Below, one piece after another: positions 1-12,496 of a stretch of DNA of 64,000 bases; within the stretch, counting starts at the first letter, position 1, and each line of letters begins with the position of its first letter. The position numbers and the translations under genes were made by a program. The stretch spans positions 868,001 through 932,000 of the forward strand of contig CM075996.1 in the NCBI GenBank assembly GCA_038087875.1. Direction: 5' to 3'. The stretch is from Malacoraja senta. Its lineage: Eukaryota. The notes beneath the pieces were generated by a model, which was not told where the DNA came from, did no database searches, and saw only the letters and a program-made list of their open reading frames with translations.

Positions 1-300
1 CACATGATTTTTTTTTCTATTACAAATCTCAAATTATGGAGTACAGAGGCAAATAACTAATGATGGGTCTGTCCCAAATATTATGGAGGGCACTGTATTG
101 GGTGGTATGTTACAAGGCTAGCACAATGCACTGTGAGTGTACAGTCTTTCGGGAGGAATGGCAATTATAATGAACAATTAAATTCCTGTCCCTTTGCTCT
201 GCTGCTCTTTTATATAACCAAGTAAGCAGGAGCAAGAATCTGGTCTCCCCTTTCATTGTGATTTCGTGTCTCTAGTTCACTCTGAACTCTCTTCACACAG

Positions 301-396
301 GCTTACCAGCTGTTGCTTCAACAACAACAACAGCAGCAAGTGCTGCAAAACCAACGGAAGCTGTCTGCCGCAGTCCGACAACAACAAGAACAGCAA
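301..396 (+). CDS. TNRC6B: TNRC6B (GW182) internal exon, Q-rich region; upstream exons lie outside the window
   Basis: cacag| acceptor and |gtatgt donor. Encodes [32 protein letters not shown], matching the TNRC6B Q-rich segment. Confidence 0.92.
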
Positions 397-599
397 GTAT
401 GTGATTATAAAGATAGTGAATCTCTTGCAAACCCCCTGAACATTTTTTGTCAGTGTGGTGAATGTTTTTCAGTTTGGGTGCTTTGCAGGATAGATGTGGA
501 AATAACATTTCTCCTGATTGGAGTGTCTAGAACCAGAGGTCATGGTCTCAGTATAAGGGGTCAGCCATTCAGGGTAGAAATAGGTAGTTTCTCCACTCA

Positions 600-870
600 G
601 CGCCACGGTAGTGCAGTGGTAGAGTTGCTGCCATAGAGCTCCAGAGACCCTGGGTCGATCCGAACTAAGGGTGTCTGTAAGGAGTTTGCACGTTCTCCCT
701 GTGACCGTGTGGGATTTCTGTACAAATCCAAAAGACGTGCAGGTTTGTTGGTTAATTGGCTTCTGTAAATTGTCCCTTGTGTGTGTGATAGAACTGATGT
801 ACCGTTGGTCGGCGTGGACTCAGTGGGCCGAAGGGGCCTGTTTCCACATTGTATCTCTAAACTTAAAAAC
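600..870 (+). mobile_element. tRNA-derived SINE (elasmobranch HE1-like)
   Basis: A-box/B-box-like head (GGTAGTGCAGTGG...GGGTCGATCC), a shared core, and a CR1-like tail ...TGTATCTCTAAACT. Many copies in the window. Confidence 0.75.
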
Positions 871-2349
871 GAAACTGAACATCCAGGTGGAAGCAGATTG
901 TTGGTATTCTTCATCCAAGAAGCTTGTGGAAACTTAATTGCCGAGTATATTCAAGACAGATGCAAAAATGTCAGATATTAGGGAAATAAAAGGCTCTGAG
1001 GTTAGTTCAGGAAAGTTGTGCTGAGGTAAAAGATAAACCATGCTATTGAATGGCAGAGCAGGTGTGGGGAGAGAATGTCCTACTCCAGCTTTGCTTTCAC
1101 CTTCTCAAATTTGAGATTCCTACTTTGCTGCTACATGCCGGCATTCTTTGCTGGTGCTTGTGCCAGGAGTGCTGAACATTAAAAATAGAAACATCACTCA
1201 TTGTGGTGAAACTCTGCGGTGCCACATAGAGTTTTAAATATCACAGTTTGCAATTGGGGCGGTTGAAAATGTTTGGACTTTGTATGCCTTCTTGGGACCA
1301 GCGTGTGATGTCGGCAAATGCCCCTCGGTTCCATTTAATACTATTTACCAAGCCAAATATTAACTAAATATTAAGGGAAATTGGCTGGATTGGTTGTCAG
1401 TTCTTAAGTTAAAATTACACTATTTCAGGTTTCTATTAAATAATGTCCTCCCCACTCGAGAGTAGTATCAAATGGCTGCATTGTCATTTAATCTGGAAAG
1501 TGATTTGATACGGCAATGACTAAATAGCAAAATTAATTGTTTGATTCAGCACAGTGAAAGACAAATGTTGCGCCTGCTGCATCGTTCGTACGTGAATCAT
1601 TGCATTGTTGTGACTCGGGTAAAAGTTCATGTCAGCTAGCATCAACGCAAAACCTTGTAGACGTTGAAAACATGCAAACTGATTTCCCATTGTTCGGCAG
1701 GTTATCACAGCATTTAGCAGTGCACAGTTATGTGGCGAACCTTTAACACTTCAAATTCTCTTAGTTATGTACTCTGAAGCAAATGAGAAACAAATGTGCT
1801 GCATTTCGATGGCAAGACTCCCGTGAGACCAGAGTAAGGAAGTTGGAATGTGATGGGTGGCAGGATGTGTTCAGCTTTGGGCAGAGGATTTAATTTCATA
1901 TGCCCTTTAACTGCAAGGTGGTGGAATTACCCAGCATGTTCATCAGTTGAGCCTGTTCACATTGTAAACGAATTGGCAGGTTCAAATATTCTGCTCCTTC
2001 CTGATTAATCCCAAGAGGTTTTAAAGTCCTATGTTTTACCGTACATGTTGCTGCTAGGTTTTCCATGCTCATTTAGAATTGTTAATGGTGAAACTGCGTG
2101 TTCTGTTCTGGTAATGCGTACTCTATGAAAGGATTATATTTCCCTTCTATAAACCTAGGAGCAGTAAGGGCAGTTATGACATATCCTGCCCATTGACATT
2201 TTAATGGGCTTTATCCACTAACATTTTGTTGAAGTATTGTCCAATTTTCCAAAATGTGGTTCTTTAAGGGTAATAGATTTACTTGTATATTGGTGGGAGT
2301 GAATGTGTGAAGATGTGCGCAGTTTTAACGTGCTTGTGCTTTTCCATAG

Positions 2350-2551
2350 CTTGCACGCATTGTTAATGCCCTGCAGCAGCAACAACAGCAACAACAGCAG
2401 CATCGACACAACAACACCCCTGGGATGAAGCATTCTCCGTCACATCCCGGCATGCCCAAGCAACACCTGGATAATGTTGTGCCTAGTTCTCTTCCCACTG
2501 GCCTTCCAGACTTCCAGACCAAAGGACAGATTCAGCCAGGCTACCCAATGG
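2350..2551 (+). CDS. TNRC6B: TNRC6B exon
   Basis: catag| ... |gtgagt. Encodes [67 protein letters not shown], a TNRC6B-type sequence. Phases fit the neighbouring exons. Confidence 0.93.
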
Positions 2552-2667
2552 GTGAGTTCCCTCGTCAGGTAGTTTTGTAATCCTGCTACCATTTTAAACG
2601 GTTTTAAACTTTTACTAAGCTTATGGACTTGAGATTCTCGGCACTTAAAGCATAATTCACATTTCAG

Positions 2668-2823
2668 GCATGGGCTCAAACATGAACGTAAACCAGTTAG
2701 ACGTCAACAGTATTGTTGGAATGAAAGAACCTCAATCGCAGCAATCACGGCTCAAGCAGTGGACAACCATGGATGGTCTCTCTCCTGCCACTCCACCACC
2801 AGATCACAACCCCCTGAAAAATG
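2668..2823 (+). CDS. TNRC6B: TNRC6B exon with the CIM-1 (QSRLKQW) CNOT1-interacting motif
   Basis: ttcag| ... |gtaact. Encodes GMGSNMNVNQLDVNSIVGMKEPQSQQSRLKQWTTMDGLSPATPPPDHNPLKN. Confidence 0.92.
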
Positions 2824-3354
2824 GTAACTATGCAGACATTACATGGGGCTCGGGATGTATTGGACATATTTACTGATTTCATTCTCCATGCTTTTTCTCC
2901 TGAAACCAAAATCCTTTATAAGTCCCTATCTGAAATCACTTAATCGTGGCCTCTCTCCTTTTCAACCATAGACGTTGTGTACTCCTTTACATTAATCCCA
3001 CCTGCTGATTGCAGACAATTTGAGCGTGTTTAAACAAAAAACGCAATGAAATGCCCACGTCACATAGCATTGTGTATGAGCCCAAATTAAATTGCTGATA
3101 AGTTTGAAATCACCAGATTGAACTAGTGTTCTCTACCTGCTGAAAGGCATAATGTTGAATCTGTGGAGGTTAAACCTGAACATGAATTCAAATTGGTGTT
3201 TAATTGGAGAGTCAAAATGGATTGGCAGGTTTCACCTGAACCATCTCAGGATACAAAGAAAAAAAGAAACACCATTCACTTATGTCACTGCTTCTAGAAT
3301 AATGAGGAAATGTCCTTGATGACATACACAATGTAAAGAAGCATCTAGCAGTAA

Positions 3355-4100
3355 GAGTCATAGTCATACAGCTCAGAAGCAGGCCCTTCTGCCCAACTTG
3401 CCAAACTAACTAAACTAGTCCCACTTGCTTGTACTTGGCCTGTAACCTTCAATACCTTTCTTATCCATCTACCTGCCCAGGTATCTTGTAAATGTTTTAA
3501 TATTATCTGTCTCTGGCACCTTGGTCCCCATATGCATTACTCCCTGCGTGGAGAAAATGCTCCTCAGGTCCCCTTTTAAAACTTTTCCCTCTCATCTTAA
3601 ACTTATATTTTCTCTTTGTAACTGAAACCCTCGAATCCTTGTAACGTCCTCTGAAATCCTCCTTCCTGATTTAACATATTGGGTTGACCCCAATATAGTT
3701 CTGAACATGGTACTCCAAATGTGGGCGTACATACATTTTGCACAGCTGTAACATGATGTTTCAAGTCCTGCACGGTACCATGGTCGATGAGGGCAAGCAT
3801 GCCGAACGCCACCTTCAGCACCTGTGCTGCCACTTTCAAACCCTGGGTTTCTCCGTTCTCCATCACTTCCTTCGGCCATGCTATTCACTGTGCAAGTCCT
3901 ACCTTGGTTTGTCTTACCAAAATGCATTCACCTCGCATTTATCTGAATTATAATCCATTCCTTGGCACATTGAATTGTAATTCAATTGTAATCTTGGATA
4001 ACTGTTAACTATACCACCAAGTTTAAAGTCATCAACAAACTTACCATTCCACTTGCATGTTCATCCTAAATGTTAATGTAGATAACAAACAACAGTGGAC
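3355..4100 (-). mobile_element. Old CR1-like LINE fragment
   Basis: Minus-strand MHFGKTNQGRT.TVN and KVAFGMLALI motifs of CR1 ORF2. Confidence 0.7.
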
Positions 4101-4456
4101 ATTTAGGCTTCAAGTTATATGAAGTGCTTTCAGCACATTCGGTTGATAAGTTCTTCAGCTGATGTTTCTTGCACATTAAAAGAGAGAGTACCTTAGAGCT
4201 AAAGCTAGGTACACGCCTGAATGATACTATTCCCAAGTACTGCTTCATCACCAATCAGTAGTGTGGCCTCCACTTTGTATATTTAATTATTCCGTGCTTT
4301 ATTATTGCAGGGATTTGTTCAGTTGTTAATTTGTGTAAGCATTCCCCTGACTGGTTTGAGTATAAGGTATTCGATATTAATTTGTTGGGAGTTTTGTAGC
4401 TGATCACCCAGAAGAACTGTGTGTTATTAGTCTTGTAATTTTATGTTGTTATACAG

Positions 4457-4621
4457 GTGCTATTTCGAGCAGCATGGCACCACCGGTGAAGCCTCGAGAT
4501 AGTTTGCCCTATTATGAAATGATAGCAGGTGATTCCTTGGCCAGCCATTCTGGCCCTACGAGTGATAACTGGTCCACCCCTAAGCTCTCAAATGGTTCCA
4601 GCGGCTCCAGTTGGCCTCCAG
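4457..4621 (+). CDS. TNRC6B: TNRC6B exon, start of the PAM2 motif
   Basis: tacag| ... |gtcaga. Encodes GAISSSMAPPVKPRDSLPYYEMIAGDSLASHSGPTSDNWSTPKLSNGSSGSSWPP. Confidence 0.92.
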
Positions 4622-5656
4622 GTCAGAAATAACATCAAAATGTTTTAAAATAATACGACCGAGTAAAATGTGGTCACTCTGGTAAAATAGCTTCAGTTTG
4701 AGCCAGTGGGATTGGCTAATCTATAAAGCAGGAATTCAAGCCCTTGATACAGATCTGTGACTCTTCGCAAAGGTTGAACCTTAATCTGAAGAGTGAGTAG
4801 TGGTGGACCATGACCTGGGTTCAGTCCTTCCCAAGTGAATCCAAATCTGCAAAATATTATATTTATGTCTAAGTTACACTGAACTAATTGTGAACACCTA
4901 ATGAGTGTTAGTGTTCATGGAGAAATACCGGGAATACCCATGGGAACCTCAGGGTAATGCATCTTCACTGGAAAACTGAATCATACTTTACCAAGGGGTC
5001 ACAGTGCAGCCCATTTTCCGCTAATCAAATTACTCTATTAGTTCTACTGTAATATTAATTGATTCTGGAACCAAAGATCTGATTTCTGAAATCAAATACA
5101 CAAGTATTGCAATTTTCAAGAATGTTCTTTACATGCAGTTAAAGTCCTCTGCTTGGAAGTATAGTAACTGTTTATGCTGATTCCAGGAATGTGGCTATCG
5201 TGGGCAGCTTTTATTATCTCTCATAAAGTGATTTGCAAGATTAGTTTCAGAGGGTGTACTCATTGCTTTGATCGTGTACAAACCAGATTAGGTGTATATG
5301 TTTCCTTCCCTGAAGGCTATTATGGAACCACGTGGATTTTTGTGACATTGCATTAGTTTCACGGTCCAGATTAATTTAAACAACTGAATTTATATCTCAC
5401 AAAACAATCCTGTGGTGAAATTTGAACTGAGCTTCTTGGTAGAGGTTTCGGATTACTAATCCAGCATTGTAGCAACAGCCATTTACCTTCTGGAAATTCC
5501 ACAAATTGTAATGAAATTAATGACTACATCAGTCCATGTGTGGCTTGTGTAAAGTGCAAACAAATTATTTGGCTAACATTTGAAGTGCTCTGTGTTCTGC
5601 AATGAGATCTTTAACGTGAACCTAGATAACCAGAAAATTAAGCACCTTGGCCAGTG

Positions 5657-6180
5657 AGGCGGCTCAGTGGCGCAGCAGTAGAGCTGCCGGTTTACATCGC
5701 CAGAGACCAGGGTTCGATCCTGATTATGGCCGCTGTCTGTGGAATTTGTATTCTCTCCCTGTGACAGCCTGGGTTCCTCCGGGTGCTCCGGTTTCCTCCC
5801 GCACTCCAAAGACATGCAGGTTTGTAGATTGTAGACAAAAATGCTGGAGAAACTCAGCGGGTAAGGCAGCATCTATGGAGCGAAGGAAATAGGCAACGTT
5901 TTGGGTCGAAACCCTTCTTCAGACGCTAGGCAACATTTCGACCCGAAACGTTGCCTATTTCCTTCGCTCCATAGATGCTGCCTCATCCGCTGAGTTTCTC
6001 CAGCATTTTTGTCTACCTTTGATTTTCCAGCATCTGCAGTTCCTTCTTAAACAGGTTTGTAGATTAATTGGCTTTTGTAACATTGTCCTTGTGTGTTAAG
6101 GATAGAACTAGTGTGAACAGGTAATCGCTGGTCAGCACGGATAAAGGGCCTGTTTCCATGCTGAATCTCTAAACTTAAAA
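5657..6180 (+). mobile_element. tRNA-derived SINE with a nested palindromic element
   Basis: TGGCGCAGCAG...GGTTCGATCC head; same family as 600-870. Confidence 0.8.
5831..6051. mobile_element. Palindromic Penelope-terminal-repeat-derived element nested in a SINE
   Basis: ~85 bp inverted arms. TSD CAGGTTTGTAGATT (5817-5830 / 6052-6065). The arms are homologous to the PLE 3' end at 62975-63100. Confidence 0.8.
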
Positions 6181-6332
6181 AATAACTAATGTGTTACTTC
6201 CTCAGTCCTACTCTGGATTATCACCTAAAGTGACAGTCATTATGTGTTGTTCTTTGTTGTCACTTTGTTCCTCAAGTGCAAGGCAGTAAAATCAATTGAT
6301 AATGCATTTTCTTCCTCCATCTTAATTTACAG

Positions 6333-6479
6333 AGTTCCGCCCTGGGGAGCCATGGAAGGGTTTCCAAAACATTGACCCCGAATCGGATCCGTATGCGACC
6401 CCAGCGAGTATGATAAACAACTCTGCAGCACCCCCATCCCCAGATTCGGAACACCAACTTCTCAGGGACAGGAGCACAG
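6333..6479 (+). CDS. TNRC6B: TNRC6B exon, PAM2 (PABPC-binding) motif
   Basis: ttacag| ... |gtatga. Encodes [49 protein letters not shown], the GW182 PAM2 signature. Confidence 0.96.
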
Positions 6480-6738
6480 GTATGAGGGCATTCGTTATTT
6501 CCAATTTTTTGTTGCAATAGTTCTGAGAGACTAATGTCTGCTTTACTGAAACACTGCTCACCATCCCCAAGGAATGGAGTGGAAACTTTTCCCATTGCTG
6601 ATCTGCATGTTTACCCCATGCAGGGATCATAATAGTGGAATTGTGAAAGTATTTTAATGCGGAATATTTAAACACAAACTGCATTCTTGATGAGAATATT
6701 CCCTGATCTTTGATTGTGCCTTTTTTGTTGGTCCACAG

Positions 6739-6834
6739 GGTCCAGTTCCTCCCTGAACACCTCGCTGCCTTCACCCGGTGCCTGGTCCTATAGTGCCTCA
6801 AACAGCTCCTACAGCACCGTACAGAGCACTTCAG
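6739..6834 (+). CDS. TNRC6B: TNRC6B exon
   Basis: cacag| ... |gttagg. Encodes [32 protein letters not shown]. Confidence 0.94.
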
Positions 6835-6884
6835 GTTAGGAGTACTGCATTGAACCAACCATTGTCGAAACTTTATTTTCATTG

Positions 6885-7720
6885 TCATAAAGCGCAGAAA
6901 CGGGTCCTTTGGCCCAACCTGTGCCGACTAAGATGCCCCATCCATGATAGTCCCACCTGCTTGCGTTTGATCCATATCTCTCTAAACATTTCCCACGCAT
7001 GTACCAGTCCAAATGTCTTTTACATGGTGTCATAGTACCTACCTCAACTGCATCCTCTGGCACCTCGTTCCATTTACCCACCATTCTCTGTGGAAAAAGT
7101 TGCCCCTCAGGCTCCTATTAAATCTTTCCCCCCTCACCTTAAACCTATGTCCTGTTCTTGCTTTTCCCCTACTCTGGGTGAATGACTTAGTGCATTGATC
7201 CTATTTATTACCCTCAAGATTTTATAACCTCCTTAAGATCACCCGTGTACGCTTCAAGGAAAATAGTCCTAGCCAGTCCAGCCTCTCTGTATAGTTCAGG
7301 CCCTCAAGCGCTGGCAACAGCCTTGTAAATCTGCACTCTTTTCAGTTTAACAACATCCTTCCTATAGCATGATGACCAAAACTGAACACAATAGACAATA
7401 GGTGCAGGAGTAGGCCATTCGGCCCTTCGAGCCAACACAGCCATTCAATGTGATCATGGCTGATCATCCCCAATCAGTACCCCGTTCCTGCCTTCTCCCC
7501 ATATCCCCTGACTCCGCTTGTTTTAAGAGCCCTATCTAGCTCTCTCTTGAAAGCATCCAGAGAACCGGCCTCCACCACCCTCTGAGGCAGAGAATTCCAC
7601 AGACTCACCACTCTCTGTGAGAAAAGGTGTTTCCTCTTCTCCGTTCTAAATGGCTTACTCCTTATCTCCTAACTCCAAATGAATACTCCAAATGTGACCT
7701 CCCCAATGCCATGTACAACT
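6885..7720 (-). mobile_element. Older CR1-like fragment with a young CR1 3' end nested at ~7389-7666
   Basis: Reverse-complement similarity to the other CR1 copies. Confidence 0.75.
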
Positions 7721-8351
7721 GTGCTTTATAGGACAATATATATTGCTCTTTATAATTCATGTGATATATAATATGAAATTTGCTGTGCATTGTTTTAAAT
7801 TAAAATGTAATTAAGCAGATTATGTTGTACATAAACTACATTGTTTTCTGCAATAAAGTTGAAGAGGCAACACATGGGTTAAGTTAGACAAAACTATAAT
7901 TTCAATTCTATGTGTTCCTTCTAAACACTGCAATTCCTTCCTTGTTTTATTATATTCCGCCCTTAGATCCTCTACCTTCTCAGTTTCCTTGGTCCAAACA
8001 GTATTCTTTCCCTTTCTACTATGCATAATATCGCGATTCACTGTTATGGGGGTTCTACTAATACACAATTTTGTTTCTCTGACTTTGTTGGTAAGATTGA
8101 CTTTAGGAATGCAAGATGAAACTGATTAACTGTTAATTTGATAATATTTGCACTTTCCTACAAATGTAGAGTAGGGATTATTAGAGATGTGTGCTAAAAT
8201 CAATTTTCCTTTTTGTTTTATACTTGTACGTGAATCTTTAGAATGATTTTAGTATATTATGGTGTTGTTTGGCCCCCTTAGTTTGGGGATTTTGATTCAG
8301 TCTCGCTGGTTCTTTTGTTATATTAACCGGCTTATGATCATGTTGTTCCAG

Positions 8352-8561
8352 CCAAGTTCAGTGACTTCAAGTCGACGTGGTCTCCAGATCCAATTGGACA
8401 TCCCAGGATGTGGAAAAATCAGATGTCATCTAAAAACACTAACCCGCCAACACGGCCGCCACCAGGACTGACTAATCAGAAACCTCCGTCATTTCCGTGG
8501 GGCAGTGGAACGCCCCGGTTCAGCAGAGGATGGGGCATGCAAGAGTCACGATATGCCCTTA
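8352..8561 (+). CDS. TNRC6B: TNRC6B exon (M2 region)
   Basis: tccag| ... |gtgcgt. Encodes [70 protein letters not shown]. Confidence 0.93.
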
Positions 8562-9093
8562 GTGCGTACCTTACTACCTGTTTTTTCGCTCATCCGTATT
8601 CTGTCTCTCTATATCTCTTTACCCAATTCAAAGTTATTCTATCAGATTAATTCCGTGGGTTCACATCCTTGTTTTGGGTATGCATACATAATTAGTGAAA
8701 GGACATCCTAAGGCTCGCGTCAAGCCCTGACTCGGTCCAGCTGAACTCTGTGGCTGAAAAATTGTCCTGGGAGAATGAAGATCTATATACATGTTTAGGC
8801 TGATCTCTTCTCCAGTAAGGAAAACATATTGATCAGATGGTAAATTGGATGGTGCAATGTATGGGTTTAATCCTGACAAGTACAAGGTGACATATTTTGG
8901 GATGGCTTGTAACGATAGGGCTACACCATAAATGGTGGTGTTCTTAGGCAGTATTGATCAGAGGGAGCATGTCCCTCAAGGTGGCAGTACAAGTAGGTAA
9001 GGTGGTGAAGAATACACTTGAGGTGAGGTCTGCATTGGAATATAAGAATGGGAAGAGCATGGTGCAACTTTAGCAAACCTGGTTTAAGCCACA

Positions 9094-9234
9094 CTTCTTC
9101 TTCTTGCATATGGCGTGCACAGCCTAAAGTTGTAGGACAACTTGTTCTATTTGATCTTATTTGATTGTGCACACCAGGTTGATTGCATTTGTCGAAACAG
9201 GGCGGACCACATGAAGGTTGCAATCTCCCACCCC
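9094..9234 (-). mobile_element. Short retroposon family A, copy 1: 5' HDV-like ribozyme fold, 3' stem-loop, (GAA)n tail
   Basis: TSD AAGCCACA (9086-9093 / 9235-9242). Near-identical to 57271-57414. Nested in an old CR1-like fragment. Confidence 0.88.
9181..9234 (-). ncRNA. Minimal HDV/CPEB3-like ribozyme fold (family A, copy 1)
   Basis: GGGGUGG-GA-GAUUGCA-ACC-UUCAUGU-GGU-CCGCCCU-G-UUUCGA-CAAA-UGCAAUC. All stems are intact; two CpG-type changes relative to copy 2. Confidence 0.72.
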
Positions 9235-10320
9235 AAGCCACAGCTGGAGTATTGTGTGTAGTTCTGGTTGTCGATGTACAGGAAGATCACACGAGGGTGC
9301 TGGAGATTTACCAAGATGTTGCCTTGGATTGAATGCCTCAGTTATGAGGAGAGGCTGGACAGGTTGGGTTATATTTCAAGGGGGGGGGGGGGCTGAAGGG
9401 GAACCTGATAGATGAGTACAAAATTATGGGAGGCATGGATAGGGTGGATGCTGCAATTAAGAATGTTGTTATTCTGTTTTGGGACCTATGACAATAAAAC
9501 CCTCTTGCTTTCACTCTTGATGTCTAAAACTAGGGGACATGGGTTTAAAATGAGGGGTAAAAGGGTTAAAGGGGGTTCAAGGTAAAAATAAATGGATGAT
9601 TGGAAACTGCCTGAGAAGATGGTGAAGGCAGGTTTACTCACAACATTTAAAAAGATAAAGTACTTGAATTGCCAAGGCATATAAGGTTATGGACTAAGTG
9701 GTGGTAAATGGGATTGGTATAGATGTGTATTTGATGCTCAGAATGGACACTTTGGGTCAAAGAACCTGTTACTGTTGTATGACTCAAAATGCTGTATACC
9801 AGATGCGGCATCCTCTGGAGTGGCATTAAATCAAGGCATTGAATCCTCGAGCAGAAGTAAAAGAAGCCACTATTGGCTTTTACAAACAGATTTTGCAGTC
9901 AGCCAGATTGTGTTTCTGTTCACGGAATTTTGCTGCGCTTGTATTTCCTTGCAATACTCACAGCAATTGCATATCAGACTTCAATCTTATTGAATGGTGG
10001 AGCAAGCTTGAAGTAGTGTGTGGTCTCCTGTATCTGATATTCTGCAATCTTAGAAATGTAAATGTTCTGAGCCTGCATTAAAAGATAATATTGGCTGTAA
10101 AGTATTTTATTGACTCTTGTGGATGCATGAGTTTCTTCCTCCAAACTTATCAGTAATTAATAACAGTGCCCCATAAAATTTCAATTTTGCTCTGTTTCCT
10201 AGAGTTAATGAAGTTTAGAGTTTCTTATCTGTCACATCACATCTATTAAACTGGCTGCTTGCCATTTGCAGGAATAAAGCCTTAACGAGAACTGTACCTC
10301 ATCTCCTCCTCTTTCTCTAG

Positions 10321-10400
10321 GTTCCAACTGGAGTGATGGCAATTCGGGTGGATCTGGCCGAGTCAGCTCCTGGCTTGTTCTTCATAATCTCACTCCACAG
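10321..10400 (+). CDS. TNRC6B: TNRC6B exon, start of the RRM
   Basis: ctctag| ... |gtaacg. Encodes SSNWSDGNSGGSGRVSSWLVLHNLTPQ. Confidence 0.95.
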
Positions 10401-10587
10401 GTAACGGCGTTAAGCTTATCATTGACAAGAGGCATGTGACAGCGTTGGTTGTGATTCCAGATGGGTTTATAATGTTTCCTCTGGACGTTCATTCAGCATC
10501 ATGGTCACATCGTGTCAGCTGGCATTGCATACAAGTCTCGGCATCCACCAGCCTTCAAGTATAAGCAAGTAGATTTTCCCAAAGACA

Positions 10588-10830
10588 AGGCACGGTGGCG
10601 TAGAGGTAGAGTGTCTGCCTTCCAGTGCCAGAGACCCGGGTTCGATCCTGATTACGGGTGATTTCTATACTTTCTCTCTTTGACCGTGCGGGTTTTCTCC
10701 GGGTGCTCCGGTTTCCTCCTACATTCAAAAGACACAGGTTTATAGGTTAATTTGGTTTTGGTAATGATTGTAAATTGATCCTAGTGTGTGTTGGTATATG
10801 GGGGGTCAATGATCGGCGCAGACTCGATGT
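10588..10830 (+). mobile_element. tRNA-derived SINE
   Basis: GGTTCGATCC B-box and family core. Confidence 0.75.
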
Positions 10831-12295
10831 TGAACTGTAGCTAATATCCTATACAGATTATAAGGAAAGATTAAATTACAGAGCAGCAAGGAACGAAAAA
10901 CTAATTGAGACAGGGTGGGAGATCTACTGATGCAAAGGAGCCAGAAACAGTCTGCCAAGGAAGGGGAACGTAGAATTTCCTGAAAGCTTTGTATTATGAG
11001 GGCAGTAAATTGCAGAGCACCGTGGTGTAAGCCTGACAATTTGAAACTGCCGTTGTTAATTGAACTACCTATTATTTTCCAGCAAGTGTAGTGGCACTTG
11101 GTTTAATGTTTAAAAGCAAAGACGTGGATATCGCTGTCAAAAAACAAACTCAAATATAATCTGTGGGGAAAAGACTTAGAAATTATGACACCTGATCTGA
11201 TGAATAGTTTTTAAGCTGAAAAGTGACGTTTCTTTTTCCATGGATATTACTTGATCAATAGGGTAGTTTAGTTTAGCATGGAAACAGGCCCTTTGATCCA
11301 CCCAGTCCATGCTGTCCAACGATCACTCTCAGCAATTTCATCTCTCACAATGTCCTAGGATACACTTTGTCGAGTCGCTGGGATTTGAACAGTTTGACAC
11401 ATCTCAAAACCACCAACTTTGTACTCTTACTACTCTTTTGTAATGTCTGTGTTTCAGGGCATCATTATTCTTATCTATGAATTTCCTAGCCTCCATGACC
11501 TTCTCAACAGTAAATATAGTTGAGAAGTATTCATTCAAGACTCTTGTGACTCTACACTGATACTTGATCTGCCAAGGATGTCTTGCATCTCCTTTTTGCT
11601 CTCCTGATATCCTTTGTAGCACAGTCCTACATCCTTTGTTCCTTAGACCCAGCTACCTAACCTGACATGCTTCAATATTCCTCGTCAACCAGGTTTCCCA
11701 ATTCTGCCAACCTAGCCCTTGACTCTAGTAGGGACTTGATGTTCCTGAACCCCACCCATTTTGCTTTTATCAGCCTCCCACTTGCCAGACGCCCTTTAGC
11801 TGCAAATTGCCTCTCCCAATCAACCTTTGCAAGTTCCAGTTTAATGGCATCAAAATTAGTTGTGCCCCAATTTAGAAATTGAAGGCAGTGGGGAAGAAAA
11901 GTTAGCAGGTGTTGCTCCAGGGCATTTGGAAGCTTTGCTCTTTGGTTGATATAATTGATCTGTGCTGTGTTTGGGTTTTTTGGATGCATTTCCAGGTCAG
12001 GACTTGGCAGGGCAGATAACAAGATCACAGCTTGTGTGAAAATTGATGCATACCAAATGACTACTGGCCTTTGGCTGGGAAAAGTAGAGTGAGAGGTGTT
12101 GGGATTGCACTCCAGCATTATACTCCTTCATTGGAAAAGTCCTAAACACTTGCTGTATACCCAATTATGAAATCATTTGGATGGGTGACAAACAGTTATA
12201 ATTGAGGAAGGTGCTAGACCCTCATCAAAGCTTTGAGGAACAATTTTTAAAAAAAGGCAATTTAATTGAAAGAGTTTAATATTGCGTCCTCTCAG

Positions 12296-12435
12296 ATTGA
12301 TGGCTCCACTCTCCGAACAATCTGCATGCAGCATGGGCCGCTGATAACATTCCACCTGAACCTGACGCACGGCACCGCATTGGTCCGGTACAGCACCAAA
12401 CAAGAGGCTGCCAAGGCCCAGACTGCGCTGCACAT
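12296..12435 (+). CDS. TNRC6B: TNRC6B exon, RRM core
   Basis: ctcag| ... |gtaagt. Encodes [46 protein letters not shown](M); [14 protein letters not shown] is TNRC6B-type. Confidence 0.97.
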
Positions 12436-12496
12436 GTAAGTATCTGTTGTGCTGTTATCATGTTGTGTTTTGAAAATTCTTCTCCTCAAGGTCAGA

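Larger units (their letters stand above)
8840..9785 (+). mobile_element. Old CR1-like LINE fragment (hosts retroposon A copy 1)
   Basis: Decayed RT C-terminus and 3' UTR similar to the other CR1 copies. Confidence 0.7.

Noticed and set aside
600-870. tRNA genes at GGTTCGATCC-type motifs
   Set aside because: These are SINE heads that continue into a shared core and tail, with no intact cloverleaf.
6322-6888. 188-aa minus-strand ORF
   Set aside because: Antisense shadow of TNRC6B exons plus intron sequence.
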